Part shown: positions 22,021 to 31,300 of the stretch, piece after piece
Numbering within the stretch: position 1 is the first letter of the stretch
How the letters are laid out: the number at the start of each line of letters is the position of its first letter
Assembly (NCBI GenBank): GCA_965208905.1
Contig: OZ242365.1
Coordinates: forward strand, 2,112,001-2,176,000
DNA length: 64,000 bases
Direction of reading: 5' to 3'
DNA from: Nitrosopumilaceae archaeon
GTDB lineage: Archaea > Thermoproteota > Nitrososphaeria > Nitrososphaerales > Nitrosopumilaceae
Notes under the pieces: model-generated
What the model saw: only the letters and a program-made list of their open reading frames with translations
Told to the model about the DNA's origin: nothing
Database searches by the model: none
Position numbers and translations under genes: made by a program

Positions 22021-22521
22021 TTTTTTAACCGTAAAATTTTGCTTATCATAGGCGGGATCTCGATAGCCGTCACGGCAGTCGTGGCGACAGAGGTGTACGA
22101 CTACGTGTACTTTGAGGTGCCCATCAAGAACGCCGTACCTTCGGAGGGGTACGCGCATGTCGATCTTGTGCCGGTGGCCCAGACGGTTCATCCGTACACG
22201 ATCGAGGACATCACGCATGATCCCATAAACGATGCCATAACGGTCACCTTCAAGGGAGGCACTCACCCCGTTACGCGGGAGCGCGTGGTTTTTGAGTATG
22301 TTGAGACGTATTCCGTAAACGAGTCGTTTGCTTTCAGATGTGACGAATCAGAGGGCGGATCGTACTTGGTGTTTTACGGGTATCTGAGAGTGGAGAGAAA
22401 GAACGGCACGGACTACATGCGCCTTTTACACTACGACGGGACCACACATGGACCGATGCCGTGCATCTATCCTGACGTGATAATCCACTCAAGGGTATCA
22501 ATCCCCCCAGCAGAGCCTTGA
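22009..22521 (+). CDS. Membrane-anchored hypothetical protein
   Basis: N-terminal hydrophobic helix, 170 aa. Confidence 0.55.
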   Translation: MTISFFNRKILLIIGGISIAVTAVVATEVYDYVYFEVPIKNAVPSEGYAHVDLVPVAQTVHPYTIEDITHDPINDAITVTFKGGTHPVTRERVVFEYVETYSVNESFAFRCDESEGGSYLVFYGYLRVERKNGTDYMRLLHYDGTTHGPMPCIYPDVIIHSRVSIPPAEP

Positions 22522-23016
22522 CCGGTACATAATCGATCTCTTTGATGACCTACGGCGACCCGAGCGCCGGACAAACACTTCATTGGGGTGGACGGCGTGT
22601 AGTGTGTGTGGACGGAGAACTACGAGCAGTACACCACGACGCGCAGGCCGGTCCGTCCGGCTGGCTGTGTAGATGATGTGGCCTCATGCCAGAATAGTCA
22701 GATCTGTTACGTTTAAGGCGCTATGTGGCTTTGGGCTGTAGGTGGTAACACAGTGGGCCCGGCACCCTCGACAACGAACATAATTATGAATCATGTCCTA
22801 CTTCAATGGAATGGGATATTTCGCGCGGCTCTGAAATTCGAGGTACGCGTACGAGATTGTGAAAGAGGGTACATATGTACGGGTTTGTGATTGCGGTGTG
22901 TACTTGACATATTCGAAACCTATATCTGCATTAGTCAAGAAAATGAGGATGGGAGACCTCGAGCACTAAAAGTTATCAAATGTTTATATTTAACAAAAAC
23001 ACGTCACGATAGCATA

Positions 23017-23664
23017 ATGGATCAGTTACATAAAACACTAATCATTGGTTTGATTTCAGTAATACTAATTGCTAATTTAATTTTACTTACAATAAACACC
23101 GAATATTCTTCTAATGCTATAACATGGTCTGCAGTAATAGTTTCAGTGTCAGCTGGCATAATTGTAACATCAATAGTAGATAAGCGTGCATCAGATGCGC
23201 ATAACGAAGTATTACGATCACAAAACAAAATTGCAAAAATTTTAAAGCAGTTAGATGAAACAGACCAAAAACACAATAAAGTGCTAACACATTTAAAGCA
23301 AAGTAAGCTTAGAAACGAAAATTTGGCTAAAAACTCAATAACTGCATCATTAAAGTATATACAATTAATGCTGAATCGTCTAGAATTATCACTAAATAAA
23401 CCAACATTAGAGAAAAAGGAAATGGATCTTATTATCAACGTATTAAGTCATTTAGAATCGCCACTAAATTTAATCGAGCAATCTGTTCCTCAAAGTGGTG
23501 CGGAGTTTAAAAAATATGAGGCAGATATAGAAAATGTGGTAGCTGTATTACGAAAACTAATAATTGCATCAATTGTTGTATCTGATTCAAAGGTCGCTGA
23601 AGTTTTTGAATTAATAAGACATAGTAACAGGAAATTAGAAATATTGCTTAAACAAGTAAGTTAA
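23017..23664 (+). CDS. Two-TM coiled-coil hypothetical protein
   Basis: Two N-terminal TM helices then a helical/coiled-coil region; AT-rich; convergent with the ASCH gene; start taken at ATG 23017. Confidence 0.65.
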   Translation: MDQLHKTLIIGLISVILIANLILLTINTEYSSNAITWSAVIVSVSAGIIVTSIVDKRASDAHNEVLRSQNKIAKILKQLDETDQKHNKVLTHLKQSKLRNENLAKNSITASLKYIQLMLNRLELSLNKPTLEKKEMDLIINVLSHLESPLNLIEQSVPQSGAEFKKYEADIENVVAVLRKLIIASIVVSDSKVAEVFELIRHSNRKLEILLKQVS

Positions 23665-24047
23665 ATATAAGTAGTAATTTTACCTTTTGTATGATGATCA
23701 AGCAATAGAACATTTCTTACCCAAATTCGAGCACCATTAGGATGTAAATATTTTTTTGGTACTCTAAATCTTTCACTAATGCTAATTTCCCAAACATATA
23801 ATATTAAAGAATCATCTAATTCATCTAAACTTACTCTGTGCAAATGAATATTATCTTTTAGCTTTTTCTGATTAATGGGTCCATGCGATGATTGAATTTT
23901 AATTTTACCTAAGATGTTGCCTTTACTAAGAAGATATATTTCAAAGCCAATTTTAGATTTTGGCGCTGGTCTACTACGTAATTCCCACGATTTTTGACCA
24001 TTAATGATAAGATTAGCGTATGGTTGATTTATAATCAGTCCATCCAT
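23661..24047 (-). CDS. ASCH domain protein
   Basis: 'LIINQPYANLIINGQKSWELRS' is the ASCH signature (GxKxxExR). Confidence 0.88.
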   Translation of the reverse strand: MDGLIINQPYANLIINGQKSWELRSRPAPKSKIGFEIYLLSKGNILGKIKIQSSHGPINQKKLKDNIHLHRVSLDELDDSLILYVWEISISERFRVPKKYLHPNGARIWVRNVLLLDHHTKGKITTYI

Positions 24048-24049
24048 GG

Positions 24050-25297
24050 TTAAGGTACTCCATAATTATTGATCCGCTTTTCTAATTGACTGTATTGTCT
24101 TTGTAATATGCTATCATCAATTATTTCTAAATTACATTTGGCAAGTTGAGCTAATGGTGATTTGCCGCCATTAATTTCTAGACACTTTTTTAGGCCAATA
24201 TACATATCCACGGCATGATTTCTTATAACATGGTGCTTTTTTATTAAATTGGCGCAATTATCTCGGTCTAAGAACGTTGGTGCAAGATCAGGATGAATTA
24301 GATATTTCCAAAATTCAACACAATCAATAAGGATTCTAAATGAATTTTTTCTTACGGACTTAAGTTTATTCACTGAGAGTGCCATCACATTATCATTGTA
24401 AGTACGTTCCAGATTCTCACCTTGATTTATTGTATAAAGTGAAAGAATTCGAACAAAACATGCCATGCATAACCCACACATTTTTGAAATTCCTTGTGAG
24501 GTGGAACAGGACCATGTGTGCTTGATTGATTCAGGCTTATTTGCAGCGAGAATAACTTCGGATTTTGTATAGTTAAAAAATGGTGTTTGAATTTCTATTT
24601 TTTGCCCAAAAATGTTTTCAAAAATTTTTGCCCAGCCCGTAATCATGGCCGGGTCTGTTGTTCGTGTAGGCGCAACTCGCATAGATACAGGGTAATTTAT
24701 CATAAATGGGCCATTTTCCGGTATCACAACCTGCCCAATATTGTATTCCGAGGCTAAGCATAACAATGTAGTTAGAAAAACAACTCCTCGCACATGTAAA
24801 AGTGGGATGTCTGTCGCACTCTTTAGCCTTAAATTTGTTTCAACCATCTTGTGATTATTAGGCAAACATTTTTTATGAACATCCCTAGCAACTTTTTGCA
24901 TACGTGAGCTTGTTATCGTATGACTAAGCAGCCCTCTTTTTGTTATATTATTTGGCAGTAGTGGATATGACAAGCTATCTAGACCGCCCGAAAATAAACT
25001 AACAAAATCAAAAGAACTTTCAAATAGTCGCTGTTGTCTATTAGTTTTAGCCATCTTTAAAAATTTGAGTTTTATTTCTCTATCCGTAATTGTTTCATAA
25101 AAAAATTGAAGCTCATCTAAATTCTTTTGAAAGCGTTCGGGTTCTGATACTGGAACCACGACTTTCACAAAATTAGATTGTTTTGACTCTGCATAGTGAA
25201 CACACATGGCTAATTTTTGAAAATCGAGAAGCTCATCAGCAATTAAAAGTTTTATGTGTTTAGGTCTTAGTGAATTTTTTGGATTTTGATTTTTCAT
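24050..25297 (-). CDS. QueC-family PP-loop protein, QatC-like
   Basis: 'SLFSGGLDS', 'PENGPFMINYP....PTRTTDP', 'TPF..YTKSE', Zn site 'TWSC...CGLCMAC..R'; N-terminal extension 'VVVPVSEPERF' resembles QatC rather than housekeeping QueC. Confidence 0.85.
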   Translation of the reverse strand: MKNQNPKNSLRPKHIKLLIADELLDFQKLAMCVHYAESKQSNFVKVVVPVSEPERFQKNLDELQFFYETITDREIKLKFLKMAKTNRQQRLFESSFDFVSLFSGGLDSLSYPLLPNNITKRGLLSHTITSSRMQKVARDVHKKCLPNNHKMVETNLRLKSATDIPLLHVRGVVFLTTLLCLASEYNIGQVVIPENGPFMINYPVSMRVAPTRTTDPAMITGWAKIFENIFGQKIEIQTPFFNYTKSEVILAANKPESIKHTWSCSTSQGISKMCGLCMACFVRILSLYTINQGENLERTYNDNVMALSVNKLKSVRKNSFRILIDCVEFWKYLIHPDLAPTFLDRDNCANLIKKHHVIRNHAVDMYIGLKKCLEINGGKSPLAQLAKCNLEIIDDSILQRQYSQLEKRINNYGVP

Positions 25298-25587
25298 TTT
25301 TCTAAATCTGATTTAATATCTGTTAATAAGTCATCTCCAAAATTTTCAGGTTCTAATTTAAGGCGGGCATCTAACTCTTCAATACTGTATTTTTTAATTT
25401 TGTTTACTATTTTACGTGCCAGCTTTTCTGCATCCTTTTCTGCATCTGCTAATAACCTATTACGTTTTATCTGAGTTTTAGGGTTTTCAGTATCGTTAAA
25501 TAATTCTTCTGTTATTTCTTTAGTTGGTTGATAAATAGCGCGTTTGTATAATTTAAAAAAATATTGTTGTTGTTCTTCTGTGAGCAC
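25294..25587 (-). CDS. Small helical hypothetical protein in the QueC operon
   Basis: 97 aa; GTG start overlaps the upstream TAG and its stop overlaps the QueC ATG (ATGA). Confidence 0.65.
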   Translation of the reverse strand: MLTEEQQQYFFKLYKRAIYQPTKEITEELFNDTENPKTQIKRNRLLADAEKDAEKLARKIVNKIKKYSIEELDARLKLEPENFGDDLLTDIKSDLEK

Positions 25588-25934
25588 TAATTTTCACTCC
25601 TTTCAATTAATGTATCATAAATTGCTTGTCGAATAGAATCTTTTTTTGGTAGTGTGAGATTTTGTTTAATATTTTTTGGGATTTTTGTAACAGCATCACC
25701 AGAAGCTTTCTTTATAATTTCTTCAGACTGAGCTTTTGTTTTATACGCAGCTATTCCAGCAGACAATATGCCGACAAGATAATTCGAGTCTTTGCTTTGT
25801 GCTGCTTTTGAGATTATAGCTGCGGCTTGTTTGTAATCTCCTTTATTTATACAATTATCAAGATCGGGTTGAATTTTTCTGACTTGAATTTTTGTATTTC
25901 GTTTTGCACCTTTTCTGCTTGGTTGAGTTCCCAC
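25587..25934 (-). CDS. Small basic protein with an N-terminal MGT motif (QatB-like N-terminus)
   Basis: GTG start, MGTQPSRKG...; first gene of the coupled four-gene operon. Confidence 0.6.
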   Translation of the reverse strand: MGTQPSRKGAKRNTKIQVRKIQPDLDNCINKGDYKQAAAIISKAAQSKDSNYLVGILSAGIAAYKTKAQSEEIIKKASGDAVTKIPKNIKQNLTLPKKDSIRQAIYDTLIERSEN

Positions 25935-26120
25935 AATTTTTAGCTTTTATATTCTGTTATAAAGATATCGATAGCCTAAATGGGGCGGACTCCCCCAGAA
26001 TGAGACCAAGCAGAATCGAATGAATCTAAATAAGCTTGACTCTGCCTGTTTAGTGTGCGGCTTCGACCAACCCCCAACATTCGACAGGTGAATGTTCTGG
26101 ATAATCCCCTGTATGATTTA

Positions 26121-26921
26121 TCACCGTCGTTTTAAACGAGCTGGATGCCTGTACTCACGTTTGATTTCGCCGTTGCTTGCCAGACGGCTTTCAATTATCT
26201 CGCAATATCTGGGTTGTATCTCGCAGGTCAGGTAGTTCCTGCCCAAGTTCTTGGCTTGAACCACTTCCGAGCCGCTACCGCCAAATAGTACGAACACCGT
26301 ATCGCCCGGAACAGTGCAAGATTTGATGAGCAGCTCTGAGAGTGTCTCTGGTATCTGGCACGGGTGGTTTGTCTTTTGGCGAGACACGTTCTTAACCAAG
26401 TTTAAATTTATCCAAGAATAGAGCATGCGTCTCAGATGTCCCTGCCTTATTCGCTCCTTAATGCGCACATCATCCGGGTTCTGATATGGCTGTGCCACCT
26501 GTTCTTTGTAAAAGCGGTTGTTCCTAGATTTGGTGGCGTGGAGGATAGAGCGGTGGGCGGTGTTGAACCGGCGCCTGGAGTGGCCCACGTTGGTGTTATA
26601 GATCCAAACATAGTCGTGCACTGAGTAGACGTTCTCGTCAAGATAACTTACGCACAGATACGCGTTTTGCTTGGGATAGTTGATGAAAAACAGGTTACCG
26701 TCAGGCTGCAAGACGCGCAGGCACTCTTGCGCCAAATCCACGTACCATTTCACGTACTCATCCCAAGAAGACGTAAAGGCAGTTCCCTGATATTTGATGC
26801 CAACGTTGTAGTCTGGATCGCCATATATCATATCAATGGAATCATCCGGCAATCTCCTTAGCGTCGCCATTACGTCCTCGTTGACGACGCGGTTGCGGTA
26901 TTTTTTAGGTAGTGTGGTCAT
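26121..26921 (-). CDS. DNA N4-C/N6-A methyltransferase (beta class)
   Basis: Catalytic motif IV variant 'DPDY' precedes 'HPCQIP' and motif I 'LFGGSGS'. Confidence 0.88.
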   Translation of the reverse strand: MTTLPKKYRNRVVNEDVMATLRRLPDDSIDMIYGDPDYNVGIKYQGTAFTSSWDEYVKWYVDLAQECLRVLQPDGNLFFINYPKQNAYLCVSYLDENVYSVHDYVWIYNTNVGHSRRRFNTAHRSILHATKSRNNRFYKEQVAQPYQNPDDVRIKERIRQGHLRRMLYSWINLNLVKNVSRQKTNHPCQIPETLSELLIKSCTVPGDTVFVLFGGSGSEVVQAKNLGRNYLTCEIQPRYCEIIESRLASNGEIKREYRHPARLKRR

Positions 26922-26923
26922 CG

Positions 26924-27697
26924 CTACACCAGCACGTACTCGGCATTACGCCTGAGCACTATAGAACCGGGATCATGAGGGTCTTTGAACGTGTACAGAT
27001 ACAGACGTATCTTATTGCCGTGGCGCAGCAGGTAGCAGCACTCTATTGAATCGGCTTGCAGGTTATCTATCTTGTCTGCATAGTACCGATACGGGTGAAA
27101 AAGTTGAAAAACGTTAAAGTCGTGCGGTTCGCCGTTTTTTGCCTCGAATATGATTATCTGGCCTTGGAATTCCGTGGTGAGGTCAATCTCAAGTTGCAGT
27201 TTATTGCATTGAATGGTATCACCGCCTATGCTATAGTCAAACGTGGCAAACGTTCGGTGAGCGCCATAGACTTTCGGTGATGCGGTTATGTCCCTGTACA
27301 GGAAATCATGTATGATGCGCTGGTTGTATCCCACCGACAGGATGTTGCTCTCGCTGGTGTTCGTGTTGTCCAGTATTCCCGGCCGGTGGTACCACTGGAA
27401 CCTGTCATTGGCCGATACGGCTTCAAACTTATGGTAGCCGATATCAATGCCACGCACAAACTTGTGCATGCCGCGCCCCAAATGCACTACAAATACGTCG
27501 TCTGCTACCAACACATCGGGCAGCCTTGTCGTGCTGTCCAACTTGGTAACGTCATACTGATTGCTAAACTCAACTTTAGTGGACACGGCCTTGACATCTT
27601 TGTTGCTAAAAACAAAGTCACGCTTGGACTTGCACGCATCGTACAGCTTGGCAACCACCACGCCTTTTCTGCCTATGCGCTGTTGTACCATTGTCAA
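26924..27697 (-). CDS. Putative type II restriction endonuclease
   Basis: PD-(D/E)xK motif 'QLEID......IFEAKN'; directly upstream of the MTase. Confidence 0.75.
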   Translation of the reverse strand: MTMVQQRIGRKGVVVAKLYDACKSKRDFVFSNKDVKAVSTKVEFSNQYDVTKLDSTTRLPDVLVADDVFVVHLGRGMHKFVRGIDIGYHKFEAVSANDRFQWYHRPGILDNTNTSESNILSVGYNQRIIHDFLYRDITASPKVYGAHRTFATFDYSIGGDTIQCNKLQLEIDLTTEFQGQIIIFEAKNGEPHDFNVFQLFHPYRYYADKIDNLQADSIECCYLLRHGNKIRLYLYTFKDPHDPGSIVLRRNAEYVLV

Positions 27698-27967
27698 TGC
27701 TGCTCCGTTACGTGCCAGATATGCGTAGGACGGTAGGTATGGCTCAACCGCATGCGAACTCGCATCTGTTACTGATTTTTATGTCATGCGTTCACCGGTT
27801 CTGGTAACAAATCGAGACATGGGGATTCTCCGAACCCGCTGTTAACTTTCGGGACATGAGGCTGGACGGCGCCTCGGCGGATCTTCTCCAAATTGGCCCC
27901 GCTGGATGCTGTTAACTTTCGGGACATGGCCAGATCGCAGGCCCCAACCATCGGGACAACGTGACGC

Positions 27968-28318
27968 TCAGTACAAGGCCGCCGTCTTCTCCATCCATGC
28001 CCGGATGGACTTCACGCTCTCGCCTCTGCCCACGTACTTGCCGTCCAGCAGGTCGGCCCCCTCGTGGACGTAGCTGCCCACCTTGTCCACCACGAAGTGC
28101 ACCGCCTCACCCTCCGGACCGGCCGTACGCCAGACGCTCACGCTGCACGGGGCCGCCGACGCCGCATGCTCGGCCGCCTTGCCGTAACCGTCGGGCGTCT
28201 TGAGGAACTGTAAAGAACTCGTGACCTGGCGTATAGTGTAAAGCGCGTGACCTAAGGAGGCCAGAGATATGGTTATATAAACAAAATCAAGTATGTTAGA
28301 AAACATATCTAAAACCAA
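27968..28318 (-). CDS. Small hypothetical protein; start uncertain
   Basis: GC-rich 3' part with protein-like sequence 'VHFVVDKVGSYVHEGADLLDGKY'. Confidence 0.35.
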   Translation of the reverse strand: MVLDMFSNILDFVYITISLASLGHALYTIRQVTSSLQFLKTPDGYGKAAEHAASAAPCSVSVWRTAGPEGEAVHFVVDKVGSYVHEGADLLDGKYVGRGESVKSIRAWMEKTAALY

Positions 28319-28387
28319 CCAACTTTAAAAAGAACAATAGTCAACAATCGATATGGTTGACTTCCGGGCAGGTGTCGTGACTTAGTA

Positions 28388-31300
28388 TTGGATGCCGACA
28401 GTTTTGGCAAAACACTTCAACACCTTCGTACCATTTGTAATGATGAGGGTAACACCAAGGGCAGCCTCTTCGAGAAGTTGGTGCGGTCGTTTCTAAAGAC
28501 TGATAATCTGTACGCCGACAGGTTTGTTGAAGTATACGCGTGGAAGGACTACCCGGGACGTAACGGGCGGGGTGACTTTGGCGTTGATTTGGTCGGTGTT
28601 GAGCAGGATGGCCAACTCTGTGCGATACAATGCAAGTTCTTTGACAAGACAACCCTCACCAAACGCAGCATAGACAGTTTCTTGGAGGCTGGTTCGCGCT
28701 CGGAGTTTGACTCCATGATGCTGGTGTATGTGGGTGGTGGCTATGGCAAAAACGTACAGGATGCGTTGGAGGGTCATGGGTGTAAGGTGTTGAACTTCGA
28801 GTCACTGTCCGAGAGTAACGTGGAGTGGCCTGATTTGGCCGCTGGCCTGACTGACATCAAGCCTAGAAAGGCACGCCCGTTGTGGGACCACCAGAAGGAG
28901 GCGATGAGTAATGTTATATCCAAACTGGAAAACAACAACCGTGGACAGTTGATAATGGCGTGTGGGACGGGTAAGACATTAACATCTTTACGGCTGGCCG
29001 AAAAAACAGTGGGTGAGGGCGGTCTTGTGTTGTATGCAGTACCATCCATATCACTAATGCGACAGGTGATACGTAACTGGGCCGGGGACCGAACCCTACA
29101 GCATGGATATGTGGGTGTTTGCTCCGACAACACGGTGTCCCGTGGCCAGACCGACATACCAATCATAGAGATGGAGATTGGTGTGAGTACAGATGAGGAT
29201 CGTATAGCCTCGGTGATGCGCCGGGACTCCTCTAAAATGACCGTTATATTCACAACATACCAGAGTATGGAGGTTATTGAGAAGGCCCAGAAGTTGTCCG
29301 GGGAACCATTCGACTTGGTATTATGTGATGAGGCTCACCGTACCACCGGCGTAGAGAAGGGGTCGGCATTCACTATCATACATGACGATGAGAAGATACA
29401 GGCGCGCAAACGAATCTACATGACAGCCACACCAAAAATATACAAGCGCGCGGTCAAGACAAAAGCCGCCAATGAGGATGTGGTATTATATTCTATGGAT
29501 GATGATTCGGTCGAGTCCAGGAGTGTATTTGGACCGGTAATGTTTAGACTGAGTTTCTCAGATGCCATAGACGCGAAACTACTGACCGACTATGATGTGT
29601 TGACGTTGGGTGTCTCTGAGGAATATGGTGGTAAGATACTACAAAAGATTGTGGAAACGACTGGTGATGATGGCGATATTAACCTGACGGACGCGGCCCG
29701 TATGGCTGGATTGTACCGCGTGTTGGAGCGGCCAGACCCAGACAATGACGTGTTGCCACTCCAAACCGCCATAGCGTATACCAACCGTATATCTGACTCA
29801 AAGCGGTTCGCCAACAGTTTCAAGAATCTTATGATGGAGCCTGCCGGTAGTGTAGAGTTTGCTTGTGATGCCGAACATGTAGACAGTACACAAAACTCCA
29901 CCGCACGGGATAAGGCGATGCAGTGGCTACGAGATTCTGACCAGGACTCCAATGAATGTCGTGTGGTGTCTAACGCCAAATGTTTGTCTGAGGGTGTGGA
30001 CGTACCGGCACTAAGTGCGATCACGTTCTTAAACCCCAAGTCGTCCGAGATCGACATAATACAGGCCATCGGTAGGGTGATGCGGAAGCATAAAGGTAAG
30101 GAGCGCGGTTATGTGATTATACCGTTGGGGATACCACCGGACACCGAGCCTGAGAAAATACTGAATAATGAAAAGTCATTTGGTGTGGTGTGGAATGTGT
30201 TGAGGGCGTTGCGGTCACATGATTCACGGCTGGACGTAGAGGTTAATACAGCAGATTTGAAGAAACAGTTGCCTAAACGCATAAAGTTCATTGGGATAGA
30301 TAGAGAGGGAAAACGCGTCGACAATGAGGAGGGAGGAAAATCATTCTCATTGGGTGAATTGGATGTGCCAGCCGATGCATTATATTCTCGTATAGTGGAG
30401 GAGGTAGGCGACAGGCAATATCTGGCGCGGTGGGCGAACGATGTCGCAGCCGTGGTGTCCCGTATACAAGAGCGTATTGGGGTAGTGGTTGCGGACGGTC
30501 CTGCGCGAGACAAATTCGGTGCGTACATGGTGGGTCTGCGCGATATAATACACGATACAATATCAGAGTCCGAGGGTATTGGGATGCTTGCCCAACACAT
30601 GGTGACCAGACGGATATTCGGTGCTATGTTTGGGACAGATAACTTTGCGCAATCCAATCCAGTGTCGGCTGCGCTCGACGCGGTACTGAATGAGTTGCGT
30701 GCGCATGGTCTGGATACTGAGCTACGTGATTTGGAAAAGTTCTACAACTCCATAGAGTTGCGTGTCGCTGGGTTGGACTCACATGATGCCCGGCAGCGCG
30801 TTATATCTGAACTATACGGGACATTCTTCAAGAAGGCATTTTCCAAGATGGCTGACCGACTGGGGATAGTGTATACACCAACTGAAGTAGTAGATTTCAT
30901 ACTGCGGTCAGTTGACCATGTGCTGCGGGAGAACTTTGGAAGGGGACTGACCGACGAAGGGGTGAATGTGATAGACCCATTCACAGGTGCCGGTACGTTC
31001 ATTGCGCGTATGATGTCCAAGGATTTGGACTTGATACGGGATGAGGATATTGAGCGAAAGTATGAATACGAGATATTCGCCAACGAGATTGTTTTACTGG
31101 CGTATTATATCGCGGCGGTCAACTGCGAGTCCATGTATGGCCAGCGTACCGGGTCTTTCAAGCAGTTCGAGGGACTGTCATTTACGGATACGTTCAGCCC
31201 TGGTAACTTGGATGAGCACACCGGTGACGTGATGGCCGGGCCCAAGAAACGCATCAGGAGGCAGCGGGAGGCGAAGATTACGTGTATAGTGGGCAATCCA

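Noticed and set aside
24050-25297. Housekeeping queC for preQ0/archaeosine synthesis, or a Dpd DNA-modification cluster
   Set aside because: 415 aa with QatC-type motifs; no queD, queE, folE or dpdA/tgt neighbours.
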